Source of the DNA: Candidatus Micrarchaeum sp.
Lineage (GTDB): Archaea; Micrarchaeota; Micrarchaeia; Micrarchaeales; Micrarchaeaceae
Assembly: GCF_016806735.1 (NCBI RefSeq)
Contig: NZ_CP060530.1
Span: forward strand, 90,001 to 122,000
DNA: 32,000 nt
Direction of reading: 5' to 3'
Shown here: piece by piece, positions 22,907-32,000 of the stretch
Numbering within the stretch: the first letter of the stretch is position 1
How the letters are laid out: every line of letters starts with the position of its first letter
The notes under the pieces: model-generated
Databases searched by the model: none
What the model saw: the letters and a program-made list of their open reading frames with translations, nothing else
What the model was told of the DNA's origin: nothing
Made by a program: the position numbers and the translations under genes

Positions 22907-24904
22907 ATGCTTTTTTGGATCATAATTGCAGTTTTTCCTTCATTGATTGCCGCGCTGATAGCGCTGAGGATGCAATTCTCAAGAAGCGCTGTTGAATCCA
23001 TTGCAATAGGAATACCCTTTGGAATAGTCTCATTTACATCTCTTCTTTTTGCTTTTGACTACGCTTTCGGAAGCATAAACTCATATGCTATAGGGCTATC
23101 ATTCTTGGTTATGCTCGCCGCGTTGGCCGCGGTTTATTCAAAGCCTATTTATGATTCAGCTTTCAGCAGCCTCAAGAAGCACAAGAAAAGCAATTTCAAG
23201 ATATCGATAACTTCTCTTCCTAGGTGGGCTTGGATATTTGCGCTTGCAATAACTGTTATAATTGCGATAATATTCATAGCGGGCACCGGAAATTATGCCA
23301 ACGGCATATACTGCATAGATGCATCGTGTTCCGACGCCCTTTACCACATAGGCATTGGTTATTCCGTAGCATTCGGCCATTTCCCTCCGGAATACTACTT
23401 CACCGTTGGGACAAAAAACGTTTTCCCATTCATGAGTGACCTTTACATGGGCATGCTCCACAGGTTCGGGCTTGGGACAGTCGGTGCACTGATGCTGCCC
23501 GACGTGATGCTCGTGTTCTCATTCGTATGGCTGAGCATGATGGTGGCTTATGCAATATCAAAAAGCACCAGAATATCGGTGATATCAACTATAATGTTCT
23601 GGTTCGGCGGAGTTGGATTTATAAAAATACTCGATTTCCCGTTCATAAAACAGATCACTCCATTATTCCAGCCCGCACATCTTTTCTATTTGCCACAACC
23701 GCACAATACTATACCTTCTTTCATATATTCGGTTCTAAAGATGTCCGAAATACCTACATCCTACTGGACCAGCATAATAAACAGCATGCTTCTTGCCCAA
23801 AGAGATCTGTTGCTCGGCCTTCCGCTTGCGCTGGCCGCAATATACATAATATATCTGGGTTTCTTCTCCGAAACGAAGCTTGGGGCAAAGGAATACCTGT
23901 TTTTAGGCATACTGGCAGGAATGCTTCCGCTTGCCAATGCCGAGAGCGTAATACTTGTCATATTTCTGGGAATATCCGCCCTGTTCTACGTGCTTGCAAA
24001 AAAAGGCAGGCTCAAGGGCTTATACAATTTCGTGCTTGCTGCGATACCGTTTGCGATAATCGGTTCCATAGAGCTGCTATACATGAATTCGCAGAAAAGG
24101 GAAGCCAACTGGTCATACTTCATATACCAAAATTATGTGCTGCATGGGAGCAACGCATTCGTTACTGCTGTCCTGAGCATGGAAAATATTGTGTTCTTCT
24201 GGCTTCAGGTTGCAGGAATACCAGTCATATTGGGATTGCTGGGTCTTTATTACGCAAAACGCAATTCAAAAGCATTCTTCATACCATTTATGGCATTATG
24301 GGTATTCGTGACTGTATATACTCCACAGCCAAATCCTGCGGATTCAAACAAGATATTCATATATGTGTTCTTAATGCTCTGCCTTTTCATGGCTTACCTG
24401 GTGGATGCAATGTGGAGGAAAGGCCTTTTGTTGAGGGCATTTGGGATATTGTTAGTGATATTGGTCATCATAAATTTCCCATTGTTTTTCACCCATGATG
24501 TTTTTGCTTTCAGGCAGCCCCTCCTAACAAATGCAGAAATTGCAGCGGCATCTTACATAACGAACAACACGCCTCCAGGAGCTGTCTTTGTTGTAAATGA
24601 TTATAATGCGTTCAGGAATCCTGTTTCAAGCATAGCAATGAGGCAGACGCTGATTTCGATAAGCCAGTACGTCGGTGGCATATACAAGTATCCGCCGCCT
24701 CAGATGATAAGCGCAACGATGCAAATAGTATCCAAGGCGTCATGCACTACTGCAATAAAATATAATGTCTCCTACGCATACCTTGAAAATCCTAACTCTA
24801 CGACGCTTGCACTCTTCAATGACTCTGGTTTCAAAATGGTGTTCAACTACTCGCAACCATCGATTCCGCAAAAGATTTATGTTTATAAGCTCAACTGTTC
24901 ATGA
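22907..24904 (+). CDS. Polytopic membrane protein, probable GT-C glycosyltransferase (PMT_2-like)
   Basis: It has at least 12 hydrophobic segments. The extracytoplasmic loop CIDASCSDALYHIGIGYSVAFGHFPPEYYF resembles the D-x-x-Y ... hPP motif of PMT_2/ArnT-type enzymes. It has a C-terminal soluble domain. I saw no WWDYG motif. Confidence 0.5.
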   Translation: MLFWIIIAVFPSLIAALIALRMQFSRSAVESIAIGIPFGIVSFTSLLFAFDYAFGSINSYAIGLSFLVMLAALAAVYSKPIYDSAFSSLKKHKKSNFKISITSLPRWAWIFALAITVIIAIIFIAGTGNYANGIYCIDASCSDALYHIGIGYSVAFGHFPPEYYFTVGTKNVFPFMSDLYMGMLHRFGLGTVGALMLPDVMLVFSFVWLSMMVAYAISKSTRISVISTIMFWFGGVGFIKILDFPFIKQITPLFQPAHLFYLPQPHNTIPSFIYSVLKMSEIPTSYWTSIINSMLLAQRDLLLGLPLALAAIYIIYLGFFSETKLGAKEYLFLGILAGMLPLANAESVILVIFLGISALFYVLAKKGRLKGLYNFVLAAIPFAIIGSIELLYMNSQKREANWSYFIYQNYVLHGSNAFVTAVLSMENIVFFWLQVAGIPVILGLLGLYYAKRNSKAFFIPFMALWVFVTVYTPQPNPADSNKIFIYVFLMLCLFMAYLVDAMWRKGLLLRAFGILLVILVIINFPLFFTHDVFAFRQPLLTNAEIAAASYITNNTPPGAVFVVNDYNAFRNPVSSIAMRQTLISISQYVGGIYKYPPPQMISATMQIVSKASCTTAIKYNVSYAYLENPNSTTLALFNDSGFKMVFNYSQPSIPQKIYVYKLNCS

Positions 24905-24937
24905 GCATAGCCTTCGGATGCGTGCCACGGTGCTTGG

Positions 24938-25666
24938 TTGGATAATCAAAAACCCGCAAAAACTTACGAAACTGCTAGCAAAGCTTCTGAAATCATGAAA
25001 TCTGCAGTGTTGAAATTTTCGCTGTTTCTGGGCGAGAATCCCGAAAAGCTTATGCCTTCGGCTCCAAAACTGGTCTTTGACCTTACAAGCAAAGAACTAT
25101 ACATAAAATACGAGAATAACAACAATACGATGACAATAGCAGGCAAAGATACTGGAGAGCAGTTCCTGCGCATGGTAATAAACGGTGTAGTTTCAGCACA
25201 CTACTATCAAGAAAAGCAGAAGCATCGCACCTCTTCAGACAACGATTTCCCTGCAAACTATACCACAGACCAGCTGCTAAAGATAAGCTTTTCTTCACTT
25301 TTTACCGCAACGGCTTCGGACACTGACAATTCTACTGCCCTTCTTGCCAGCAACATCTTTCGCAGGCAGGAGCTGGTCGACATACCAAATCTAAAGGAGA
25401 TGCTGATCCTGCTATACAAAAACATAGTCGGAGGCTCACTAGAAAAATTCATCTCTGGCATATATATAGAGGAGGATTACGAATCCATAGACCTAGTGGG
25501 CCGCGTACTTGCCGTAGCCATAGTGATTGCTGATGGCGGCGACGTAAAACGTTCCTTAAAAGATATGTATTACAAAGGCTACAAATCCATAAACTCGATA
25601 GCATCAATAGGGTTTGAGCGCTTCAAACAGCATGTAGACACCCTTTTCAGCAACAATGCTGGCTGA
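24938..25666 (+). CDS. Hypothetical soluble protein (242 aa)
   Basis: The ORF lies between the GT-C and GT2 genes on the same strand. It opens at TTG 24938, with the first ATG near 24995 (MKSAVLKF). No family recognised. Confidence 0.45.
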   Translation: MDNQKPAKTYETASKASEIMKSAVLKFSLFLGENPEKLMPSAPKLVFDLTSKELYIKYENNNNTMTIAGKDTGEQFLRMVINGVVSAHYYQEKQKHRTSSDNDFPANYTTDQLLKISFSSLFTATASDTDNSTALLASNIFRRQELVDIPNLKEMLILLYKNIVGGSLEKFISGIYIEEDYESIDLVGRVLAVAIVIADGGDVKRSLKDMYYKGYKSINSIASIGFERFKQHVDTLFSNNAG

Positions 25667-25678
25667 AGTTGATTATCG

Positions 25679-26467
25679 ATGAAAGTATACCTAATCATAC
25701 CGGCTTATAACGAACAGGCCAGGATAATCAACACTCTGAAATTCTACGAAGACGTTTTCAGGAAGAATGCAATAAAGCATTCGATAATAGTGGTTTCGGA
25801 ATCAACAGACAAAACAAATTCCATCGTTAAGGACATCAAAAGAAGGCACGGGGACGTATCGCTCATTTATTCAAGGCGCAGGCTGGGCAAGGGTGGAGCA
25901 ATAACCAAAGGCTTTCAGCATGCAATTTCAGAATCGTCATCAAATGACATAATAGGTTTTGTCGATGCCGACAACGCAGTTTATGCATCAGAGTTCCTGC
26001 GCATGGTTAATCGCCTAAAAGCAGGCAAGGAGATCGCAGGCGTGATAGCATCCAGGTATGCAAGAGGCGGAAAAATTATCGGTTACCTTCCATTTTCCAG
26101 GTACATCTCGAGCAGGCTTTACAATCTTATGATCCGTATGCTTTTTGGTATAAACTACGAAGACACACAATGCGGAGCTAAGGTCTTTAGGTCCGATGCG
26201 ATAAGAAAAATACTCCCTACGCTTTCGGTTGTGGATATGAGCTTCGACATAAATCTTCTCTATTCTGCCAAAACGCTTGGCCTAAAGGTGGAAGAAATAC
26301 CAATAACTTATCATCAGGTGAATGAGGGCACCAAGCTCGTACTTCACAAGCAAGTACCACAGATGTTTATAGCTACGCTGGGATTCAGAATATCGAGGTC
26401 AAGGTTAAACAGGCTATTCCCATCAAAGTTCAAGGGATACATATATAATGCTGTAAGAAAATGGTAA
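25679..26467 (+). CDS. GT2 glycosyltransferase, polyprenyl/dolichyl-phosphate hexose synthase-like
   Basis: IIPAYNEQARI, the Asp motif GFVDADNA, and QCGAKVFR are typical of DPM1/GtrB-type GT-A enzymes. The size is ~260 aa with no C-terminal TM bundle. Confidence 0.8.
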   Translation: MKVYLIIPAYNEQARIINTLKFYEDVFRKNAIKHSIIVVSESTDKTNSIVKDIKRRHGDVSLIYSRRRLGKGGAITKGFQHAISESSSNDIIGFVDADNAVYASEFLRMVNRLKAGKEIAGVIASRYARGGKIIGYLPFSRYISSRLYNLMIRMLFGINYEDTQCGAKVFRSDAIRKILPTLSVVDMSFDINLLYSAKTLGLKVEEIPITYHQVNEGTKLVLHKQVPQMFIATLGFRISRSRLNRLFPSKFKGYIYNAVRKW

Positions 26468-26471
26468 CGTC

Positions 26472-26843
26472 TCAATTTCTAAGGGTTATTATGGTTCCTA
26501 CCAGTGCGATTATGAAGCCTATCCCAAAACCCCACAAAGAAGGTATCTCGATCAAATATAATATCAGCACCACAACGGCCCAGGTCTCAGATTTTTTGGC
26601 ATTTGCTGTGTAAGCATTCATAGCTCCGGCTATTATTGCGACGCCTATTATGGCTCCTGCTCCTGCATCTGCGACAGCGAATATAGGTTCGCCCGAAAAG
26701 GCAGTTATCCCTATTATTATGCTTACTGCAACGGCAATCGCTCCCGCTATAACCAAAAGCGAAACTCCAAGTTTTGGCTTTTTCTTTAAGGCCTTTGCCT
26801 TCCGCCCTCTTGGCTTGGCAATGCGCTTCTTCCGTGCTTCCAT
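26472..26843 (-). CDS. Small membrane protein with a Lys/Arg-rich N-terminus, hypothetical
   Basis: ATG start. MEARKKRIAKPRGRKAKALKKKPK is followed by 3-4 Gly/Ala-rich TM segments. Confidence 0.5.
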   Translation of the reverse strand: MEARKKRIAKPRGRKAKALKKKPKLGVSLLVIAGAIAVAVSIIIGITAFSGEPIFAVADAGAGAIIGVAIIAGAMNAYTANAKKSETWAVVVLILYLIEIPSLWGFGIGFIIALVGTIITLRN

Positions 26844-26990
26844 TGGATCACATTAAATTATCAATTCATATTATAAAGCTATTCGTAAACTGCAAAAATC
26901 AGCAAAACGAAAGGAATGCAAAACCTTCCAAAAGGTATGAGAAAAGCACACTATGGAAATATGTATAAACATAAAATACGCCAATAATGC

Positions 26991-28013
26991 TTGAGCGCTT
27001 CAACCTATGAGGGAAGCGCTCTCGCTTATGCAGCTCCCGATTTGCTCAGTAAATCGTTGCTTGCACAAATAAAAAGAATTGGTGATAATTTGGCCGAATA
27101 TGTAAATATCGGATATGGCGATTCTAAGGCAAAGATTACTGCGATAGGCCTGGGAACATGGAAGATCCCTAACGATTCCGAGTCCGGCATTGCTGCAATA
27201 AGGCATGGCATCTCATTAGGCATAAACTTTGTTGATACTGCAGAGATGTACGGAAACGAAGAACTCGTAGGGAAGGCGATAAAGGGGCTAGAAAACGTCT
27301 TCCTGGCAACAAAGGTTTCGCCATCGCATTTTAGGTACGAAGATTTGATAAAGGCTTGCGAGTCAAGCCTGAAACGCCTGGCCAAGAAAAGCATATGGCT
27401 GTATCAGTTGCACTGGCCCAACAACAGGGTGCCAATAGAAGAAACGATGCATGCCATGGAGCGGCTGCTTGATGAAGGAAAGATAATGAATATAGGGGTA
27501 AGCAATTTTTCGGTAGAGGAAATGGTTAGGGCCCAGCAGGCGCTGGACCATTCAAAAATAGCATCCAACCAAGTTGAATATAGCATATCAGTAAGAGATC
27601 CGGAATCCGAGCTTCTTGAATTCTGCAAAAAGGAGGGCATAGCACTGATAGCATACAGTCCATTGGCAAGGGGTGCAATATTTAATGACAAATCGATAAT
27701 GCAAGCGCTTTCGGATACTGGCAAGAAGTATTCAAAGCCTGCATCAGAAGTGGCCCTGCGCTACGTGCTGCAGAAAGGGAAAGGCACAGTTGTGGCTATC
27801 CCAAAGGCATCTTCACCTAAGCATATAGAGGAAAATGCAGATGCAATGTCATGGAGCTTGTCCGACGAGGATATGAAATATCTGGAATCGCTAAAAGGCC
27901 TCTCGCGCCCTCCTCTTGCCGGAAAGATGCTGAAAGCCTTCCTGAAAAACACTACGCTATGGGCCAAGCTGATGGAACAGAACGAGAAAAGAAGGAGAGA
28001 GCATCACCAATAA
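26991..28013 (+). CDS. Aldo/keto reductase
   Basis: GLGTWKI, FVDTAEMYGNEELVGKAI, LYQLHWP, IGVSNF, NQVEYS and the C-terminal VAIPKASSPKHIEEN are all present. The start is uncertain: TTG 26991 or TTG 27090, with no in-frame ATG before the conserved core. The last 10 nt overlap the convergent carB stop. Confidence 0.85.
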   Translation: MSASTYEGSALAYAAPDLLSKSLLAQIKRIGDNLAEYVNIGYGDSKAKITAIGLGTWKIPNDSESGIAAIRHGISLGINFVDTAEMYGNEELVGKAIKGLENVFLATKVSPSHFRYEDLIKACESSLKRLAKKSIWLYQLHWPNNRVPIEETMHAMERLLDEGKIMNIGVSNFSVEEMVRAQQALDHSKIASNQVEYSISVRDPESELLEFCKKEGIALIAYSPLARGAIFNDKSIMQALSDTGKKYSKPASEVALRYVLQKGKGTVVAIPKASSPKHIEENADAMSWSLSDEDMKYLESLKGLSRPPLAGKMLKAFLKNTTLWAKLMEQNEKRRREHHQ

Positions 28014-31000
28014 TCTTTGAGCTCATTAGCATCGGTTTCTGCTCCTAAGGCTTTCGCAAGCCCTAATCCAAGCCTGGAATTTAATACCATTGGAACATTA
28101 AAATCTGCGCAAGCCCTCCTTACACTGTAATCCTTTTCGGGGATGTGTCCGTCAGTAAAAACTATATCTATGGTTTTGTCCCTGAGAAAATTCAGGGCTT
28201 CTTTTTCTGATAATGCCTCTGCTCCTCTGCTGGCTTCAAAACCTTCTAGGCTATAAAGTTTCAGGCTTGTCCTATCCTCCAACTCCCTTTCGAGCGTTTC
28301 GGTAGCTGCTCCATTCCCATAAACCAACGCCCCCCTTTGCGGCATTCTGTTTGGCTGGGCGGAAATCCAGCTTTTAAGAAGCGCTGCATCTATGTTCTTA
28401 TCGAAAGAGGCCACCTCTCCAGTACTTTTCATTTCTGCTCCAAGGCAAGGGTACGCCCCCTTTATCTGTGCCCATGAGAATTGCGGCGATTTTATCCCAT
28501 ATGCCTTTAGCTTCGGGCTATAGAATCCGTCCCAGTCAAAATTGTACAAGCATCCCTTCATTGCATAATCCAGGATTTCTTTGCCAGTGGCTTTGGAACT
28601 GAATGGCATGGACCTGCTTGCCCTTAGGTTAAGCTCTATTACGTAAGGTACTTCATCTTTTATGGCGAACTGCAGATTGAACGGACCGCGTATATGCAGC
28701 CTTTCCACCAAGCTTTCTGCAATGCTTTTCATCTTTTCAACAACGTGCTCCCTATTCTTGGCCTCTTTTGACTCTGTCGGGAAAGCCTGCATTGTAGAAT
28801 CGCCGCTGTGGATTCCTGCCTCCTCTATATGGAAAAGCGGAACCCCAATTATTGATTTTCCATCTGACGCGCAATCCAGGTCAGCTTCTTCAGCATCGGA
28901 TATGAACTTTGATATGACTACTGGCTTGTGCATGTATCGTTTTTCTATTCCCAAAACCTTTCTTCTGAGCTCGTCTTCATTCTTTACTATCCCCATGGAA
29001 GATCCGCTGAGCACAAAGCTAGGCCGGACCATGAGCGGATAACCTGCTCTTGCTGCAAAATTTACTGCTTCGGATACTGACGCTACGCTCTCCCATTCCG
29101 GTTCCTTGATGCCGAGCTCATTTATTATGTTTGAAAATAACTTCCTGTTTTCCGCGCTTTCTATTGCCTTGTGTCCGCTGCCAAGGATATTTATCCCACT
29201 CCCGTGCAATTCCTCGGATATATTGTTGCCTATCTGCCCGGCTGTAAAAACAACTGCATCATTTACGCCGAAACTCTTTGATATAGGGATTACGGATTCG
29301 GCGCCTACGCGATCGAATAACAGTATTTTTGAGAAATTCCAGTCGGTAGACACGGTTTCAGGGTTGCAGTTTAGCATAACCACGCCTTTTCCCAGCTTCT
29401 TAGCCGCGTTTGCAGCCATCACGGTTGCGTAATCAAATTCTACGGAAACGCCTATCCTGAAACACCCTGCCCCGAGAAAGAGCACGCTATCTTTTCCATC
29501 CTGCTTTTCTGCCTCGTCCAAAATTGCATTTCTGGTAAGGTACATGTAATTTGCATCGGAAGGCCATTCGCCGGCCAGCGTATCTATGTGCTTTGCCTTT
29601 TGACCGAGACCTTTGTAGCCAAGCTGCTTCTCGGAGAATCCGAGGCCGAGCATGAATTCAACCATCCCTTTTTTCTTATCCTCTTTCAAATTGCAAAATT
29701 CCGCATATTTGCCGACCAAATTCTTAATCTTTTCTAGAAAGAATGCGTTTATTCCCGTTGCATCGTGAATTTCTCCAACGCTTGCGCCTTCTTCAAAAGC
29801 TTTGGCGGCGTAGAGAAACCAATATGGCTTCCTCGTCCTCAGGGCCGATACTGCCTCGCCTTTGCTCATGGCCTTTATCGCTTCGTTCGTGCTTATGACG
29901 CCCTCTTCGCCAATATCCAACATTCTTACTGCCTTTTGCAGCGACTCCTCGAAATTCCTGCCTATGCTCATTACTTCTCCTATGCTTTTCATCTCGCTGC
30001 CTACAGAATCCTCAGCCATCTCGAACTTTTTATTGTCCCAACGCGGCATCTTTATCGCAATATAATCCAGACTGGGCTCAAAATATGCGCTTGTGCTGTG
30101 TGAAATCTCGTTTTGCAGTTCGTGAAGCCTGTATCCAAGCGCCAGCTTTGCCGCTACATACGCTATCGGATACCCTGTCACCTTGCTTGCTAGCGCAGAG
30201 GACCTTGACATCCTCGGGTTGGTTTCTATCACGAAAAATTCGTAGCTGTTTGGATTTAGAGCAAATTGCACGTTGCATTCTCCTATTAAGCTTATCGATT
30301 CGGCTACGCGTATTGCCATGCTTCGCATCTCCTGGTATATGTAGTTGTCCAAGGTCTGAGCGGGAGCTACTACTACCGATTCTCCGGTATGCGTGCCCAT
30401 AGGGTCCAGGTTTTCGAGGCACGCGATTATGGCAGTATTTCCATCTTTGTCCCTCATTACTTCGTATTCGAGCTCTTTCCAGCCGCTAAGGTACTTTTCA
30501 ACAAGCGCTTCACCTGTTCCGCTCTGCGCAAACGCTCTTGATATTGAGTTTTCGAACTCCTCCAAGCTATGTGCTATGAAAGAACCCCGGCCTCCTAAAT
30601 TGAAGCTTACCCTGCACATTACCGGGAATCCGAGCTTCTTGGCAGCATCAATCCCCTCCTCGGCGCTTCTGACCCCGAAGCTAGGGGGAACCGGTATTTT
30701 GAGCTTCCTCATCAGCCTTTGGAAATCCGCCCTTCCCAGCGCATTTTTAATCCCGTCAGGAGACGTGCCAAGAAATTCTACCCCTTTGGCCTGCAGAAAT
30801 CCTTCGTCCCAAAGCTCTAGGCATGCGCTGAGTGCTGTCTGCCCGCCGAACCCCGGCAGTATCGCATCCGGCTTTTCTTTCTCTATTACGCGCTTGATAT
30901 ATTCGGAAGATATTGGCAATATGTAAACAGAATCCGCCATTGTGTAGCTGGTCTGCACGGTAGCCACGTTTGGGTTTAGCACAATGCTCTTAATTCCGGA

Positions 31001-31114
31001 ATCCCTGAGCGCACGCAGCGCCTGGGAACTGCTGTAGTCGAATTCCGCTGCCTCTGCTACCTTTATGCCTCCAGAGCCTATGAGCAGTACCTTATTTTTC
31101 TTATCTTTTTCCAC
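28004..31114 (-). CDS. carB: Carbamoyl-phosphate synthase large subunit
   Basis: The 1036-aa protein has duplicated ATP-grasp halves (VLLIGSGGIKVAEAAEFDYS... and VLFLGAGCFRIGVSVEFDY...), plus NVQFAL and ETNPRMSRSSALASK. Start is GTG, overlapping the carA stop by 14 nt. Confidence 0.95.
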   Translation of the reverse strand: MEKDKKNKVLLIGSGGIKVAEAAEFDYSSSQALRALRDSGIKSIVLNPNVATVQTSYTMADSVYILPISSEYIKRVIEKEKPDAILPGFGGQTALSACLELWDEGFLQAKGVEFLGTSPDGIKNALGRADFQRLMRKLKIPVPPSFGVRSAEEGIDAAKKLGFPVMCRVSFNLGGRGSFIAHSLEEFENSISRAFAQSGTGEALVEKYLSGWKELEYEVMRDKDGNTAIIACLENLDPMGTHTGESVVVAPAQTLDNYIYQEMRSMAIRVAESISLIGECNVQFALNPNSYEFFVIETNPRMSRSSALASKVTGYPIAYVAAKLALGYRLHELQNEISHSTSAYFEPSLDYIAIKMPRWDNKKFEMAEDSVGSEMKSIGEVMSIGRNFEESLQKAVRMLDIGEEGVISTNEAIKAMSKGEAVSALRTRKPYWFLYAAKAFEEGASVGEIHDATGINAFFLEKIKNLVGKYAEFCNLKEDKKKGMVEFMLGLGFSEKQLGYKGLGQKAKHIDTLAGEWPSDANYMYLTRNAILDEAEKQDGKDSVLFLGAGCFRIGVSVEFDYATVMAANAAKKLGKGVVMLNCNPETVSTDWNFSKILLFDRVGAESVIPISKSFGVNDAVVFTAGQIGNNISEELHGSGINILGSGHKAIESAENRKLFSNIINELGIKEPEWESVASVSEAVNFAARAGYPLMVRPSFVLSGSSMGIVKNEDELRRKVLGIEKRYMHKPVVISKFISDAEEADLDCASDGKSIIGVPLFHIEEAGIHSGDSTMQAFPTESKEAKNREHVVEKMKSIAESLVERLHIRGPFNLQFAIKDEVPYVIELNLRASRSMPFSSKATGKEILDYAMKGCLYNFDWDGFYSPKLKAYGIKSPQFSWAQIKGAYPCLGAEMKSTGEVASFDKNIDAALLKSWISAQPNRMPQRGALVYGNGAATETLERELEDRTSLKLYSLEGFEASRGAEALSEKEALNFLRDKTIDIVFTDGHIPEKDYSVRRACADFNVPMVLNSRLGLGLAKALGAETDANELKDYW

Positions 31115-32000
31115 TGATAAAACCTTTTACTGCAGAATCGAAGAGCTCAAATATTCTAAATCCGTCTTTAGTTCCAGGCCTTGCCTCAGGATGGAATTGC
31201 GCCGTAATGACGTTATGCCTTTTGATTGTCATTCCTTCTATGGTTCTGTCGTCAAGCGAAACATGTGAAATCTCAACGCCGTCAGGCACATCTCCAAAAA
31301 CCGCATAGCCATGGTTGTGCGTCGTTATCATGCACTTTCCTGTATGCAATTCCATTACTCCTTTGTTTATTGCCCTGTGCCCGAAGTCCATTTTCCTTAT
31401 CTCCATTCCCGATGCCATGGCTATAAGCTGATGTCCCAAGCATATGCCCAAAACCGGTATGTTATGTTCCATCAGCTTAGCAACGGTTTCGGTCTCTCTG
31501 CTTAGCAGCAATGGGTTTCCGGGCCCGTTGGTCAGAACTATGCCCATTGGGTCGTAGGAGAGTACCTGTTCTTCGGTTGCATCATGCGGCAACCTGACTA
31601 TTGAATATCCCATCGAATATATGCATTCCAAAATTCCTTCCTTCAAGCCATAATCTATGACTGCAATTCTTGGCCCTTTGTTCTCGTAAATTAATGGTTG
31701 TTTTATCGATACCATGTCTACAAAATTTATGCTTTCGTAATCTCTGACTTTATTAAACTCTTTCGAACTAGAAATGATGCCTGCCATTGTGCCCTTCTCA
31801 CGTATGTGCAGTGCAAGAGCCCGCGTATCTATTCCGGATATTCCCGGAACGTTCTCATCATCGAGCCATCTCTCAAGGCTTTTTTCAGAATTCCATTCCG
31901 AGCCATTGGTTATCTCGCCTACTATCAGCCCAGAAACCTGTATATCTTCAGATTCAAAATTAGTGAGTATTCCGTTACGCCTGATTTTTTCCGGCACACC
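31101..32000 (-). CDS. carA: Carbamoyl-phosphate synthase small (glutaminase) subunit, 5'-truncated by the window edge
   Basis: The class I amidotransferase triad region is GICLGHQL ... HNHGY, and the end reads TAQFHPEA. The frame is open to position 32000, so the N-terminus lies outside the window. Confidence 0.95.
   Translation of the reverse strand, partial: GVPEKIRRNGILTNFESEDIQVSGLIVGEITNGSEWNSEKSLERWLDDENVPGISGIDTRALALHIREKGTMAGIISSSKEFNKVRDYESINFVDMVSIKQPLIYENKGPRIAVIDYGLKEGILECIYSMGYSIVRLPHDATEEQVLSYDPMGIVLTNGPGNPLLLSRETETVAKLMEHNIPVLGICLGHQLIAMASGMEIRKMDFGHRAINKGVMELHTGKCMITTHNHGYAVFGDVPDGVEISHVSLDDRTIEGMTIKRHNVITAQFHPEARPGTKDGFRIFELFDSAVKGFISGKR

Noticed and set aside
23527-24498. 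A 323-codon ORF in an alternative frame on the same strand, inside the 665-aa membrane-protein gene.
   Set aside because: The translation is Arg/Cys/His-rich and looks like frame-shifted noise. In that offset, stops (T-AA, T-AG, T-GA) need a codon ending in T followed by a Lys/Asn/Ser/Arg/Asp/Glu codon, and these are rare in a polytopic membrane protein. The long open frame is therefore a compositional by-product, not evidence of dual coding.
28004-28013. The AKR and carB 3' ends overlap convergently by 10 nt, which could be a regulatory antisense arrangement.
   Set aside because: It is most simply explained by genome compaction and a non-conserved Lys/Arg/His-rich AKR tail. The sequence offers no structural element to support anything more.
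1-32000. I looked for CRISPR arrays, long tandem or inverted repeats, IS elements, integrases, reverse transcriptases and toxin-antitoxin pairs.
   Set aside because: Reading by eye, I saw no regularly spaced direct repeats, terminal inverted repeats or recombinase/RT motifs. A computational repeat search (self dot-plot, CRISPR finders) is still needed to exclude short or degenerate repeats.

Overview
The window looks like an archaeal chromosome segment. The evidence is an intron-containing tRNA, a PriL-like primase subunit, a stand-alone 5S rRNA resembling the Thermoplasma type (recalled from memory), an Mtq2/HemK-type methylase, and AT-rich TATA-like promoters close to start codons. By eye, GC is about 40-45% and genes are tightly packed, many with TTG or GTG starts. 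Housekeeping genes: carA (partial) and carB, an aldo/keto reductase, a fused chorismate mutase/prephenate dehydrogenase, a trans-polyprenyl diphosphate synthase, an Asp/Glu racemase, a bacterial-type CoaD, an Nramp-family transporter, and a radical SAM/SPASM enzyme. RNA genes: tRNA-Ser(UGA) with a 50-nt intron, tRNA-Pro(CGG), and 5S rRNA. Accessory or unusual content: (1) a very AT-rich island next to the 3' end of tRNA-Pro carries a nuclease-domain/N6-adenine methylase fusion plus a two-TRD specificity subunit, with no HsdR motor; this is a type IIB/BcgI-like layout. (2) A HerA/DUF87-type ATPase fused to a C-terminal PD-(D/E)xK-like domain lies beside tRNA-Ser, and a second nuclease-fold ORF lies on the other side of the tRNA. 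(3) An 8-kb cell-surface glycosylation locus holds two PMT_2/ArnT-like GT-C membrane proteins, a GT2 polyprenyl-phosphate-sugar synthase, and sequon-dense surface proteins with Thr-rich stalks. I rate this the most interesting candidate for an undescribed system (non-AglB, possibly O-linked protein glycosylation). (4) The PriL-like protein has only 2 Cys and is followed 4 nt later by an unannotated 46-codon, 7-Cys zinc-ribbon ORF. I found no CRISPR array, integrase or transposase. All family assignments come from motif reading by eye, not from searches.
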